64,000 nt of DNA from Alphaproteobacteria bacterium UBA830 (GTDB lineage: Bacteria > Pseudomonadota > Alphaproteobacteria > MPNO01 > UBA830), in NCBI GenBank assembly GCA_002295635.1, contig DBHK01000010.1, positions 5,926-69,925 of the forward strand, given 5' to 3'. Both the position numbers and the translations under genes were made by a program. This document shows, piece by piece, positions 20,067 through 33,752 of the stretch (the stretch's first letter is position 1; every line of letters starts with the position of its first letter). The notes beneath the pieces were generated by a model. It did not search any database. It worked only from the letters and a program-made list of their open reading frames with translations, and had not been told where the DNA came from.

Positions 20067-21446
20067 TTAATTCGCGTAACAGGCGGCCTTAGCCGCCTCA
20101 ACGATATCGACGACCTGCGGTAACGCAAGCTTTTCAAGATTAGCCGCATACGGCAATGGCACGTCGGCCGCGCAGACTCTGCTTACTGGCGCATCTAACC
20201 AATCGAAGGCGTGCTCCATCATAATGGCAGAAATCTCAGACCCCATGCCTGCCACCGGCCAACCCTCCTCTGCTGAAACAATCCGGTTGGTCTTCCTGAC
20301 CGAATTGACAATGGTCTCTATATCAAGCGGCCGAAGGGTCCTCAGGTCGATGACCTCAGCATCAATACCATGGCTCAAGAGTTCGTCTGCCGCCTCAAGG
20401 GCATGCCTGACCATGATCGAGAAAGCAGTTATCGTAACGTCTTTCCCCTCTCTAATAACTTTGGCCTTGCCAATTGGTACAGTCCAATCTGCGATATCTG
20501 GCACATCGAAGGGTTGGCCATATAGTAGTTCATTCTCAAGGAATATTACTGGGTTTGGGTCCCGGATAGCAGACTTTAATAGTCCTTTGGCGTCAGCCGC
20601 TGAATAAGGTGAAACTACGAAAATACCGGGCACGTGCGCAAACCAACTCGCAAAGCATTGGGAATGCTGCGCTGCTACGCGGGCCGCCGCTCCATTGGGG
20701 CCTCGAAACACAACTGGGCATCCCATCTGCCCGCCAGACATGTAATTTGTCTTTGCGGCTGAATTGATCAGATGGTCCATAGCCTGCATGGCAAAGTTAA
20801 AGGTCATAAACTCGACAATGGGCTTCAGACCAGCAAAGGCAGCGCCAATACCAAGACCGGTGAAGCCGTGCTCTGTAATTGGCGTATCAATCACACGCCT
20901 ATCTCCAAACTCTTCGAGTAGTCCCTGGCTAACCTTGTATGCACCTTCATACTGCGCAACCTCCTCGCCCATGAGGAAGACGTTTTCATCAACCCGCATT
21001 TCCTCCGCCATGGCATCCCGAAGAGCTTCGCGAACAGTTAGGCTTACAGTATCGCCATTGTAATTAAATGTGTCGGCAATCGATATGGGAGCCGAATTTT
21101 CGACGATGCCGGCCTGTGGCGCCAATGGTGGAGGACGTTCAGGCGGCTTAGCGTCAGCAGCGGGAGACGCCGGCGGGCTCTCTCCAATATTGCTAATATC
21201 CTCGCCCGCCGAGAGGAGAATACCAATTGCCTGATTGACCCGAACATTCTCACTGCCTTCGGAAACAAGAATCTTCCCGAGAACCCCATCGTCAACGGCC
21301 TCTACTTCCATGGTAGCCTTGTCGGTTTCTATCTCCGCTATCACATCTCCGGCCAAAACTTCGTCTCCCTCCTTTTTATGCCATTTTGCGATATTACCTT
21401 CCGTCATAGTTGGCGAGAGCGCAGGCATCAGAATTTCAATAGGCAT
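20067..21446 (-). CDS. pdhB: Pyruvate dehydrogenase E1 beta with N-terminal lipoyl domain
   Basis: ETDKA, GEEVAQY.GAYK, DTPITE and AAQHSQ. Confidence 0.96.
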   Translation of the reverse strand: MPIEILMPALSPTMTEGNIAKWHKKEGDEVLAGDVIAEIETDKATMEVEAVDDGVLGKILVSEGSENVRVNQAIGILLSAGEDISNIGESPPASPAADAKPPERPPPLAPQAGIVENSAPISIADTFNYNGDTVSLTVREALRDAMAEEMRVDENVFLMGEEVAQYEGAYKVSQGLLEEFGDRRVIDTPITEHGFTGLGIGAAFAGLKPIVEFMTFNFAMQAMDHLINSAAKTNYMSGGQMGCPVVFRGPNGAAARVAAQHSQCFASWFAHVPGIFVVSPYSAADAKGLLKSAIRDPNPVIFLENELLYGQPFDVPDIADWTVPIGKAKVIREGKDVTITAFSIMVRHALEAADELLSHGIDAEVIDLRTLRPLDIETIVNSVRKTNRIVSAEEGWPVAGMGSEISAIMMEHAFDWLDAPVSRVCAADVPLPYAANLEKLALPQVVDIVEAAKAACYAN

Positions 21447-22500
21447 GGCGCCCTCCTACTGAGGAGTCCACAAGGACATCGGTATAAAGTTCTGATGGGT
21501 CTGGCTCGGGACTCTCCTGCGCAAATTCAGCAGCTTCGGCGACGATCGCCCGAACTTCCTTATCTAATTCTTTCAACTCTTCTTCGGATTTATAACCAGC
21601 ATCTACGATCACGCTACTGAGATTGGTAATTGGATCATTCTGTTCCCGCATCTCCGCAACTTCTTCCTTCGTCCGGTATTTTGCTGGATCTGACATGGAG
21701 TGGCCGCGATAGCGATAGGTCATCATTTCGAGAACGTATGGACCCTTCCCAGCCCGACAGTGGCTTACAGCCTTTGCGGCTGCTTTACGTACTGCAAGTA
21801 CATCCATCCCATCTACCTGCTCACCCGGCATCCCGTAAGGTTCGCCAAGGCGATACAATTCCTTCGCCGCGGATGCTCGGGAAACGGAAGTCCCCATACC
21901 ATATAAGTTATTTTCGATGACGTAGATCACCGGCAAATCCCAGAGTCCGGCCATATTAAAGGCTTCGTTGACTTGGCCTTGGTTCACCGCTCCGTCACCA
22001 AGATAGGTCAGGGACACGCCATCCGATCCCTTATATTTCGCAGCAAATGCTAAGCCCGTTCCGATTGGCACCTGTGCTCCGACAATGCCATGCCCCCCGA
22101 AAAACCGCCTTTCCTTTGAAAACATATGCATGGAGCCCCCCTTGCCCTTCGAGTACCCGCCAGTGCGTCCTGTCAACTCTGCCATCACCCCTCTGGCTTC
22201 CATGCCGCATGCCAGCATGTGGCCGTGATCTCGATAGCTGGTGATCACGGAGTCCCGATCGTCGATGACCGATTGCATTCCAACGACCACTGCCTCCTGC
22301 CCAATATAAAGGTGACAAAACCCACCGATAAGACCCATTCCATACATCTGTCCCGCACGCTCCTCAAAGCGCCGAATAAGAAGCATGTCACGATAGTAGG
22401 AAAGTAGCTCGCCAGCGTTGTGTTTTGCCGCGGGTCTACCCTTGCGCGGTGCGCTCGTATTTTTACCTTTTCCGCTTTTCGATCGGGATGATTTAGCCAT
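21436..22500 (-). CDS. pdhA: Pyruvate dehydrogenase E1 alpha
   Basis: [15 protein letters not shown], ThDP motif GDGA...NN and [11 protein letters not shown]. Confidence 0.97.
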   Translation of the reverse strand: MAKSSRSKSGKGKNTSAPRKGRPAAKHNAGELLSYYRDMLLIRRFEERAGQMYGMGLIGGFCHLYIGQEAVVVGMQSVIDDRDSVITSYRDHGHMLACGMEARGVMAELTGRTGGYSKGKGGSMHMFSKERRFFGGHGIVGAQVPIGTGLAFAAKYKGSDGVSLTYLGDGAVNQGQVNEAFNMAGLWDLPVIYVIENNLYGMGTSVSRASAAKELYRLGEPYGMPGEQVDGMDVLAVRKAAAKAVSHCRAGKGPYVLEMMTYRYRGHSMSDPAKYRTKEEVAEMREQNDPITNLSSVIVDAGYKSEEELKELDKEVRAIVAEAAEFAQESPEPDPSELYTDVLVDSSVGGRHAY

Positions 22501-22686
22501 GCCACCTCTCCAACATTTTTAATAAGCGTGTATATACCCGCTTTCGTGTGGAAATTAGGTGACTTACAATATAGAAACGCACACACACCGCAACAAGGAC
22601 GTGGGAAAGGAACGGTCTTTTTAGAGCCATTCACTAAAAGAAAATTTCAAAAATGCCGAAAATGGGCGGATTAAAAAGATCTGAAC

Positions 22687-23013
22687 CTAGTATCCCTTAT
22701 CGCCTCGGCCGATTATAATGTATTCGTCGGGTCGGGCCAGACCGACCATTATCCGGACCCTTTCATCCAGCATATCTGCATCAAGATGCTCGGTTTTAAG
22801 TAAAGAAATTCGACGTTCATAGTTTTGCTTCACCTCTCGGACCGATACCAAGGTCTGTTCCGCGCTAGACACCTCTTTCTGAACATGCATCCAAGCAATT
22901 ATCCCGCGGTCTCCATGGAAGGCGTGAACAAGAAAATATGACACAAAGAGCGCTCCGATCATTGGTACAACCATACGGCGGGATCGGCGTTTTATTTCGT
23001 GAACAGTTCCCAT
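22687..23013 (-). CDS. ftsB: Septum formation initiator FtsB/DivIC
   Basis: TM helix, HG.RG, a coiled coil and LD.DMLDER.R..G; located between eno and pdhA. Confidence 0.85.
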   Translation of the reverse strand: MGTVHEIKRRSRRMVVPMIGALFVSYFLVHAFHGDRGIIAWMHVQKEVSSAEQTLVSVREVKQNYERRISLLKTEHLDADMLDERVRIMVGLARPDEYIIIGRGDKGY

Positions 23014-23049
23014 ATACGAATCGAATCACATTTCGATTCGTCAGGTCAA
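23014..23049 (-). promoter_or_regulatory. Putative ftsB promoter: -35 TTGACC plus a palindrome containing three GANTC sites
   Basis: ACGAATCGAA-N6-TTCGATTCGT at 23016-23041. TTGACC on the minus strand at 23049-23044, 30 nt before the ATG. Confidence 0.55.
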
Positions 23050-23135
23050 TAAAAAAAACCAAATAAGCAAATATTTTTTTAAATGAGATCAAAAAGAGTG
23101 AATGAGCCACAAATAATTGTTTGTCCCAGAAATAA

Positions 23136-24431
<1,296 letters not shown>

Positions 24432-24489
24432 TTAAATTTGGAGACGAGGTGATAAATACTCTCCACGTCTCCGGTTCGTAATCATACTG

Positions 24490-25332
24490 TCAAATTTTTA
24501 CCGGATCACCTTTCGCAATGCGGTCAATTTCAACTAGTGTTTCGAGAATTCTGGGCATGTCAGTTAGCGAGACCATGTTAGGACCATCCGATGGTGCGGC
24601 ATTCGGGTCTTCGTGCGTTTCCATAAACACAGCCGCTACGCCGATTGCCATAGCAGCCCTCGCCAAAACAGGTACGAATTCGCGCTGGCCACCAGAAACA
24701 TTGCCCTCCCCACCTGGCTGCTGCACAGAATGCGTCGCATCATAGACCACCGGACAGCCGGTCTCCGCCATGATAGGCAGTGCCCGTAGATCTGAAACTA
24801 GCGTATTGTAACCAAATGACACCCCGCGTTCACAAACCATCACCTTATCATTGCCAGTAGCGAGGGCTTTCTTGACTACATTTATCATGTCCCACGGAGC
24901 CAAAAATTGGCCTTTCTTGATATTCAATGCTTTGCCGGTTTCTGCAGCCGCAACGATCAAATCAGTCTGTCGGCTTAAAAAGGCTGGAATCTGGAGAATA
25001 TCAACCGCCTCGGCAATCGACATGCAATGCCCCGGCAGATGAACGTCGGTAATTACCGGGCACCCGTGGGTCTCACGAACTTCCGCGAGGATTGGCAAAC
25101 TTTTCTCAAGGCCAACACCCCGGGGGCTATCCAAAGACGTTCGGTTTGCCTTATCGAATGACGTTTTATAGATAAGGCCGATACCCAAACTGCTGGTTAT
25201 TTCCACTAGGGCCGCGGACATTTCCAGCGCGTGGTCGCGACTTTCCAACGCGCAAGGTCCAGCAATCAGTACGAACGGCGCATCGTTAGCAATTGTGACA
25301 TTGCCTACCTTGATAGTCTTTGGCGTCATCAT
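24490..25332 (-). CDS. kdsA: KDO-8-phosphate synthase
   Basis: IAGPC, FDKANRTS, KKGQF and DATHSVQ. Confidence 0.96.
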   Translation of the reverse strand: MMTPKTIKVGNVTIANDAPFVLIAGPCALESRDHALEMSAALVEITSSLGIGLIYKTSFDKANRTSLDSPRGVGLEKSLPILAEVRETHGCPVITDVHLPGHCMSIAEAVDILQIPAFLSRQTDLIVAAAETGKALNIKKGQFLAPWDMINVVKKALATGNDKVMVCERGVSFGYNTLVSDLRALPIMAETGCPVVYDATHSVQQPGGEGNVSGGQREFVPVLARAAMAIGVAAVFMETHEDPNAAPSDGPNMVSLTDMPRILETLVEIDRIAKGDPVKI

Positions 25333-25335
25333 ATA

Positions 25336-27027
<1,692 letters not shown>

Positions 27028-27034
27028 CTAAATT

Positions 27035-27056
27035 AAGAAAATCGATTAAATCGATT
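27035..27056 (-). terminator. Weak hairpin or possible terminator after secG
   Basis: Minus strand reads AATCGAT-TTA-ATCGATT followed by TTCTT. The stem is AT-rich. Confidence 0.3.
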
Positions 27057-27072
27057 CGTTTGTGCCCAGATA

Positions 27073-27402
27073 TTACTTACCAAGCGGAACAGTTGGACCG
27101 GTCGGTGGGGACGTTGGCACTGACTGGGCAGGGACTGTTGCTCCGGGATTATCGAGAATCGATGTGGGTGTTCGCTCAGAAGACGACATGATTGCAAGCG
27201 TCAGGCTCGTCGCGATAAAACATGCCGCGAGCAGAGCCGTAGCTCGTGTTAGCAGGTTTGCAGTTCCGCGCGTGGTCATCATACCACCCATAGTACTGCC
27301 GCCGCCCATACCCAACGCGCCACCTTCGCTGCGTTGCAAGAGCACCGCCGCAACCAAAGCAATAGCAAGTAAAAGGTGTAGTATCAGGATTACTTGGATC
27401 AT
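27073..27402 (-). CDS. secG: Preprotein translocase subunit SecG
   Basis: VLLQRSEGGALG and RGTANLLTRAT, with two TM helices. Confidence 0.95.
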   Translation of the reverse strand: MIQVILILHLLLAIALVAAVLLQRSEGGALGMGGGSTMGGMMTTRGTANLLTRATALLAACFIATSLTLAIMSSSERTPTSILDNPGATVPAQSVPTSPPTGPTVPLGK

Positions 27403-27484
27403 CTGATTTCTGCCTAGTTTTTGGCAGTCTGTTTACTGGCAAAAAACCTATTTGGCTAGGCGTTTTACGCATTTTTGCCTATTG

Positions 27485-28240
27485 TCAGGCGGCTTTAGCA
27501 ATCGCCCAGAAATCTTCAGCGCTTAAGCTCGCTCCACCGACAAGCGCACCGTTGACATTATCTATGTTCAGTATTTCGTTTGCATTTTCTGGTTTTACCG
27601 AGCCGCCATAAAGAATGCGAACGCGCACCCCATCCTCCATTATATCAGTTAAAGTCGACCGTATCGCATCATGGACCTTCATAATATCAGCCAGCGTGGG
27701 CGTCTGCCCGGTTCCAATGGCCCAAACAGGTTCATATGCAATAACCACGTTGGCGGCAGACGATCCTGAAGGGATCGACAGGAGGAGTTGGCCGGTGACG
27801 ACTTCTATAGCCTGCCCGGTGTCGCGTTGTTTTAGCGTTTCGCCGATACATATTATTGGGACCAAATTTGCTGACTGCGCGGCGGCCGCCTTCGCCTGCA
27901 CCAGTGCATCGTCCTCGCCATGGTCAGTCCGGCGTTCAGAATGGCCAACGATTACATACCTGCAACCGGCATCAGTTAGCATTTCGGCCGCGATATCCCC
28001 GGTATGCGGACCCTGCTTTGATATGTGGCAATCCTGACCACCTACCATTATACCAGACCTCTCAACCTCGGCTGAGACTACGTTCAACAATAACGCGGGC
28101 GGGCATAATAGCATTTCAAAAACTGTTGGGCCGTTATTCGATATCTGAGCAGCTAGCGAACCGGCAAGATCCGCCGCAAACTCTCGGGAGCCATGCATTT
28201 TCCAATTACCTGCAATAAGCGGAATGGGAGAATCGAGCAT
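27485..28240 (-). CDS. tpiA: Triosephosphate isomerase
   Basis: [23 protein letters not shown] and YGGSV. Confidence 0.98.
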   Translation of the reverse strand: MLDSPIPLIAGNWKMHGSREFAADLAGSLAAQISNNGPTVFEMLLCPPALLLNVVSAEVERSGIMVGGQDCHISKQGPHTGDIAAEMLTDAGCRYVIVGHSERRTDHGEDDALVQAKAAAAQSANLVPIICIGETLKQRDTGQAIEVVTGQLLLSIPSGSSAANVVIAYEPVWAIGTGQTPTLADIMKVHDAIRSTLTDIMEDGVRVRILYGGSVKPENANEILNIDNVNGALVGGASLSAEDFWAIAKAA

Positions 28241-28432
28241 CAGTGAGTTCGCCTTTTATTAGACCATTTCGGCAGGGTATTTAACATATCGGAATAATAG
28301 GGCCAACGGCTACTCGGCCTTGAAAGGCAATCCGCTCGCCTTTGTCTTGCTGGTGTTATAGCAGATCCGTATGATGCCGCCGCATTAAGATTACAAGTTA
28401 CGCAGAATCAACCAGATAGAGACGGAAACGGT

Positions 28433-30340
28433 ATGCTGCTGGAAAGTATGAAAAAGGGCATTGGAAAGTACGTGATGATCGTGCTTGCATCCTTACTTAT
28501 CCTTAGTTTCGCAGTTTGGGGAATCGGTGACATGGCCGGCGTAATATCGAATCCTGATGAGATTGCGATCGTTGGTGAGACGAAAATTACTCAACGAGAG
28601 TTCCAGGATCAGTTTCGACGAGAAATGGAGCGGATCAGGTCGCGTGTTGGTAATATAAACGCGGAACAAGCACGCAACATTGGCCTAGCCGATACAGCCT
28701 TAAACAGCCTCATCGCGAAGCGCCTAATCCTACTCCAAGCAACTGCTCTCGGTATCCTCATTAGCGACGACCAAGTGGTTCGAAGGATAAAGAAAGAGCC
28801 CACTTTCCGCAATGAAATGGGTCAGTTCGATCGGGTCGTGTTTCAAACAACCTTGGCGAATAATGGTCTTTCGGAAAATATGTACGTTGCATCACTAAGG
28901 GAAGAAACGCAGCAAGAGTATATCGGGGGAGCGATAACCGCGGGCGTGGAGGCGCCGCCTACTCTCGTCAACAAGGTATACCAGTTTCGCAACGAACGGC
29001 GCACTGCGGACATCATAAAAATTAAGCGTTCTTTAGCCGGCAAACCGCCTTCTCCCAAGGAGGTGCAATTAGTTGAATTTCTAAACAAGAATTCCGCCCA
29101 ATTTATGGCACCGGAATATCGTCGTCTGAGTATCCTTCACCTAGATCCAGTAGAGGTAGCAAAAGAATTATCGCCGTCTGAGGACGATATCCAAACGGAA
29201 TACGAGGACCGACTTGCCTCTTTATCAGTGCCAGAACGCCGTCAGCTGGAGCAGATCTTGCTACAAGATGAGGAAGCGTCTAAGAGGGCTTATTCAAGCC
29301 TGAACGAAGGTCGTAGTTTCCTCTCGGTCGCTACAGAATTTAGCGAAAAACCTATAGAAAAAACTAAGTTGGGGCTGGTCGCCCGAAGGGATATGCTTCC
29401 CATGCTGGCAGATGCCGTATTTGCCCTCAAGAAAAACCAGTTCACTAAGCCTCAGAAGTCACCAATGGGTTGGCATATAATTCGGGTAGCCGAAATCGAG
29501 CCGGGACGGGAGCCCAAACTGGAAGAGGTACGAAAGCAGATTTCTGACGACCTTGCCCTCGATTTGGCGCTTGATGATCTCGTCAAACGAGCTAATCAGT
29601 TGGAAGATTCTCTAGCGGGCGGCGGCTCTATCGACGACGCGGCGAATGATATCGGCGTCAAGGTCCTCAAAACGGCGCTTATTGATAGTTCTGGAATGTC
29701 ACAGACCAAAAAGAAACAAAATGGCATCCCATTGGAAGAGAGTTTCACGCAGACCGCGTTTAGCCTCAAAAAAGGTGAGACTAGTAATTTAATCGAAACG
29801 TCGAATGGCGGCTATTTTATGGTTCGGGTCGATGATATCGTGGAAGCTGTAAAGCGGGCGATGGATGAGGTTCGCCCTGAGGTTCAAGCTGCCTGGAAGG
29901 CCGATTGGCTTAACAAAAGTATACGCAAAACTGCGGAGGAAATTCGAGCTTCAGTAAAGGGGGGTACACCCCTTGCGTCAGCTGTTTCCGGAAAGAACCT
30001 GACTGTCGAAGTTAGCAAACCCGTTTCGCGTTTCAGTTCTCTGTCGGGGAACCTAATTCCGCCCTCATTGCTCCATGAGATGTTCAACGCTAAGGTCGGC
30101 GATCTCTTGATTGGTCCCATTTCCGACGGATATGCAGTTGTTCGCGTAAAGGGTATCCAAGCAGCATCCCTAGCCAACAGTGACAGCGATCTGAAAGATC
30201 TCAAGGGAGCGCTGTCAATCGCCATTGCAAACGATGTCCTGCAAGAATACTCACGAGCATTGCGAGAGGAATACCCCGTGGTCATGAATCAAGCGGCATT
30301 AGATGCATATTTCTCAAATCAAGACTATGGCCGCCGCTGA
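28433..30340 (+). CDS. ppiD: PpiD/SurA-family periplasmic chaperone (parvulin-like)
   Basis: N-terminal anchor ILSFAVWGIGD, F..PEYR, PERR..QI and SPMGWHI; divergent from tpiA. Confidence 0.88.
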   Translation: MLLESMKKGIGKYVMIVLASLLILSFAVWGIGDMAGVISNPDEIAIVGETKITQREFQDQFRREMERIRSRVGNINAEQARNIGLADTALNSLIAKRLILLQATALGILISDDQVVRRIKKEPTFRNEMGQFDRVVFQTTLANNGLSENMYVASLREETQQEYIGGAITAGVEAPPTLVNKVYQFRNERRTADIIKIKRSLAGKPPSPKEVQLVEFLNKNSAQFMAPEYRRLSILHLDPVEVAKELSPSEDDIQTEYEDRLASLSVPERRQLEQILLQDEEASKRAYSSLNEGRSFLSVATEFSEKPIEKTKLGLVARRDMLPMLADAVFALKKNQFTKPQKSPMGWHIIRVAEIEPGREPKLEEVRKQISDDLALDLALDDLVKRANQLEDSLAGGGSIDDAANDIGVKVLKTALIDSSGMSQTKKKQNGIPLEESFTQTAFSLKKGETSNLIETSNGGYFMVRVDDIVEAVKRAMDEVRPEVQAAWKADWLNKSIRKTAEEIRASVKGGTPLASAVSGKNLTVEVSKPVSRFSSLSGNLIPPSLLHEMFNAKVGDLLIGPISDGYAVVRVKGIQAASLANSDSDLKDLKGALSIAIANDVLQEYSRALREEYPVVMNQAALDAYFSNQDYGRR

Positions 30341-30366
30341 GCCCGTTAAGGTCCCCCGACTAGAGT

Positions 30367-30921
30367 TCAAATATGGTGGCCACCATCATCACCGATCGCG
30401 CCAAATGGCTCGTCGGAATACCTAACGAGTTCTTCTATCGCCTGCTGATCTGCCATCACGACAGATGATTTTACCTGCCATGACGGAATGTTCCAGTAGG
30501 ATCTTAATAGGCGATCTTTCTCTTCACCCTCAATAAGGTTGAAGGCATGTTTCTCGTAAAACCGTAATGCCCAGCGTGCTGACTTCCAAGTTCCGATCAA
30601 TACCGGTAAACGTGTCTGTTTCATAAGGTGTTGCAACAGCCTACTTCCCTCCCCGCGCCTCTGGCAGGCAGTTCGGACGTAGGCATGCCTGATCAAAGTG
30701 ACATCCTTCACGATCTGCAAACCCATTACTGCAACCAAACTACCACCGGCCTCGGCTCCTGCGAAAAGTACCCCGGTATTAATTTCGTGTCGCAATTCTC
30801 CCGCGGGCATATAGGGTTCAAGCCACCTATCCACTGGGATTACACTGCGATACGCCTGCGCACCGTCATTAATTATGGAGAGTATCGCCTCGAAATCGGC
30901 GCCAGTACATTCGCGTATCAC
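30367..30921 (-). CDS. GNAT-family N-acetyltransferase (probable GTG start at 30921)
   Basis: IRHAYVR...QRRGEGSRLL (motif A), LIGTW...WA..FYEK and LLR.YW.IP. Confidence 0.8.
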   Translation of the reverse strand: MIRECTGADFEAILSIINDGAQAYRSVIPVDRWLEPYMPAGELRHEINTGVLFAGAEAGGSLVAVMGLQIVKDVTLIRHAYVRTACQRRGEGSRLLQHLMKQTRLPVLIGTWKSARWALRFYEKHAFNLIEGEEKDRLLRSYWNIPSWQVKSSVVMADQQAIEELVRYSDEPFGAIGDDGGHHI

Positions 30922-31409
30922 GCGCCCGTCCCAAACTATTTCTCGACCATTTAAGCTTATTAAGTTGACTAAAATTATGCCAGTCATGCAATAGATTATT
31001 TGTATTTCTATACTTACTAGATTGAAAGATAGGTATAGTGATTTGGCTATTAGAATATTTATCGATGATGCCTTGGGTGCGTTATCCGCATTGTTTCAAC
31101 GACAATCACACTTGTTTCATTTTACTTTCGTCACCATCGGTAGATGGATAAACCTAAAGTGCTGCCACATTTTCATTAAGGCAGGTGATTATTCGAATAA
31201 ATTCATATTCTCGACGCGGCCGTAAACCCAGATTTTTAAAAAGCTTAACTCACCCGATTTCAACGTGAGTTACCGCCGATCAGGATTTGAAGAAGATTTT
31301 AGCGAATACCGATAAGACCATTTCCCAAACAGCCTTTTACGCGTATTAACGCGTTTCGCTGACTTGTTGTATAAACGAGTCAAATTATTTATTGGAGATA
31401 TGGGAGCCG

Positions 31410-32456
31410 ATGGACTTCAAGAGTATCCTTACATTAGCTGCCGACAGCCATGAATTCAGCCGTGAGGAGGCAGAAGCCGCATTCGACATAATTATGTCGG
31501 GTGAGGCTACGCCCTCCCAGATCGGCGCGTTTCTAATGAGCCTCAGGATACGCGGCGAGACCGTTACCGAGATCGCGGCCGCGGCAACTGTTATGCGCTC
31601 GAAAGCACTAAAGGTAGCGGCCCCCCCTGACGCGATCGATATTGTTGGAACCGGGGGCGATGGTAGCGGCACTCTAAATATTTCTACTGGCGCAGCCCTG
31701 ACTGTTGCCGGCAGCGGCGTACCTGTGGCCAAACATGGTAATCGTGCCCTGTCATCCAAGTCAGGAGCCGCTGATGTCCTGAAGGCTATCGGTGTTAATA
31801 TTGACGCCGATATACGGCTGATTGAAAAATCGATTTCGGAAGCAAAGATTGGTTTTATGATGGCGCCAAGACATCACAGTGCCACACGGCATGTAGCCGG
31901 GCCTCGTGTAGAACTAGCGATCCGAACCGTTTTCAATATGCTGGGTCCGTTATCTAATCCGGCCATGGTTAATAGCCTTATGGTCGGCGTTTTTGCTCCG
32001 GAGTGGGTCGAACCAGTTGCCCGAGTGCTAGGTGAATTGGGTACTAAAAAGGCTTGGGTCGTCCACGGCTCGGGTGGGCTTGATGAATTAGCGACCAACG
32101 GGCCCGCGGAAGTTGCGATTCTTGATAATGGAAAAGTTGAGACCTTGGTGATTACGCCAGAGGATGCCGGCCTTAAAACATGCAATATCGCTGATCTTCA
32201 GGGCGGCGACGCCCACTTTAATGCCGAAGCATTGACTGCATTACTTGATGGCAAGCCGAGCGCCTACCGCGATACCGTGATATTTACATCGGCCGCCGCA
32301 CTGATTGTTGCCGGAAAGGCGTTAGATCTAAAAGAAGGCGCTGATGTTGCGGCCACGTCGCTAGATAGTGGGCGGGCACGCGCTGCGCTAGATCGGATGA
32401 TTGAGATTTCCCACGAGACTATCCCAGACCCAGCAGAAGAGGATAGTGATGAGTGA
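31410..32456 (+). CDS. trpD: Anthranilate phosphoribosyltransferase
   Basis: [23 protein letters not shown] and GLDE. Confidence 0.96.
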   Translation: MDFKSILTLAADSHEFSREEAEAAFDIIMSGEATPSQIGAFLMSLRIRGETVTEIAAAATVMRSKALKVAAPPDAIDIVGTGGDGSGTLNISTGAALTVAGSGVPVAKHGNRALSSKSGAADVLKAIGVNIDADIRLIEKSISEAKIGFMMAPRHHSATRHVAGPRVELAIRTVFNMLGPLSNPAMVNSLMVGVFAPEWVEPVARVLGELGTKKAWVVHGSGGLDELATNGPAEVAILDNGKVETLVITPEDAGLKTCNIADLQGGDAHFNAEALTALLDGKPSAYRDTVIFTSAAALIVAGKALDLKEGADVAATSLDSGRARAALDRMIEISHETIPDPAEEDSDE

Positions 32457-33279
32457 TGCTCTGACCAGGATTTGTGCTGACAAGGTCAACCATGTTGCCG
32501 CGTCAAAGGAGATCAGGTCGCTTGCAGATCTTGAAGCCCGCGCCAGATCTGCGGCAGCACCACGGGGATTCTACCACGCGCTTAAAAAAATCTCCTCTAA
32601 TGGTCGTTATGGCCTTATTGCGGAAGTCAAAAAGGCCTCGCCCAGTAAGGGTCTAATTCGAGAAAATTTTGATCCAGCATTGATCGCCGCTAACTACGAG
32701 CGCGGTGGAGCTACCTGCATTTCCGTGTTGACGGATGTGCCCTACTTCCAAGGCGCAGATGAGCATTTGGCCGCTGCGCGGGACGCGGTTTCCCTGCCAG
32801 CTATCCGAAAAGACTTCATGATAGACCCATACCAGGTCGTAGAGGCGCGTGCGTTGGGTGCCGACTGCATCCTATTGATCCTTGCAGCGCTGGATGATGT
32901 CCTAGCGTCCGAATTGGAAAGAACCGCATTTGACTGGGGTATGGACGTATTGATAGAGGTCCACAACGAGGAGGAACTTGATCGGGCCTTGGCTCTCAAA
33001 TCACCGCTACTTGGTATTAATAACCGTAACCTCAAGACTTTGAAAACTGATATAGAAACTACTCGGCAGTTGGCGCCACGGGTAACCGAACCAGATCGAT
33101 TAGTGGTAAGCGAAAGTGGGCTGTTTACGCCGGAGGACCTCGCCTCGATGAGGTCTGCAGGTGCAAGTTGCTTTCTAATCGGAGAGTCCCTGATGCGCCA
33201 GAACGATATTGAGGCTGCGACACGAAAATTGCTAGGCAACCAAAAACAACCGCGGGCCGCTGAGCAATGTCCAGACTAA
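32449..33279 (+). CDS. trpC: Indole-3-glycerol phosphate synthase
   Basis: [28 protein letters not shown] and SESG. Confidence 0.96.
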   Translation: MSDALTRICADKVNHVAASKEIRSLADLEARARSAAAPRGFYHALKKISSNGRYGLIAEVKKASPSKGLIRENFDPALIAANYERGGATCISVLTDVPYFQGADEHLAAARDAVSLPAIRKDFMIDPYQVVEARALGADCILLILAALDDVLASELERTAFDWGMDVLIEVHNEEELDRALALKSPLLGINNRNLKTLKTDIETTRQLAPRVTEPDRLVVSESGLFTPEDLASMRSAGASCFLIGESLMRQNDIEAATRKLLGNQKQPRAAEQCPD

Positions 33280-33752
33280 CTCATATCGGAAAAAATGGTG
33301 AAGCTCAGATGGTCGACGTATCAGACAAAAATATTACTGACCGGACAGCCACCGCACAGGGATCAGTCCTGATGGAGCCGGAAACCCTGAAATTGATCAT
33401 CGATGGGTCAATAAAAAAGGGGGACGTTATAACGGTTTCGCGGTTAGCCGGCATTATGGCTGCCAAACGCACCGCTGATTTAATACCACTTTGTCATCCG
33501 CTGGCACTGACCAACGTTGACGTCAACCTGACGTACGACAAGCCCCGCAACGCTATTGATATCGTCGCGACCTGCCGGACTAGTGGGCGCACTGGCGTTG
33601 AGATGGAGGCTCTCACAGCCGCTTCGGTTGCCGCGCTCACGGTCTATGACATGTGCAAGGCCGTGGACCGCGGGATGCAAATCACCGATATCAAGCTGGT
33701 CCAGAAGTCGGGTGGAAAATCAGGAGAGTACCGTGCCAATGGGACTTCATGA
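33267..33752 (+). CDS. moaC: Cyclic pyranopterin monophosphate synthase MoaC
   Basis: [22 protein letters not shown] and YDMCKA. Confidence 0.96.
   Translation: MSRLTHIGKNGEAQMVDVSDKNITDRTATAQGSVLMEPETLKLIIDGSIKKGDVITVSRLAGIMAAKRTADLIPLCHPLALTNVDVNLTYDKPRNAIDIVATCRTSGRTGVEMEALTAASVAALTVYDMCKAVDRGMQITDIKLVQKSGGKSGEYRANGTS

Noticed and set aside
20067-21446. Lipoyl domain on PDH E1-beta
   Set aside because: Well known in alphaproteobacteria such as Zymomonas and Sinorhizobium.
30327-30425. Tandem TGG TGG (30374-30379) and a 32-aa mini-ORF containing HHHH after ppiD, as possible trp or his attenuator leaders
   Set aside because: The Trp codons have no start codon after the in-frame stop at 30347. 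Both lie antisense to the GNAT tail, have no attenuator hairpins, and are about 1 kb from trpD.
31022-31225. 67-aa + strand ORF in the GNAT-trpD gap
   Set aside because: TTG start, no RBS, atypical composition and no motif.
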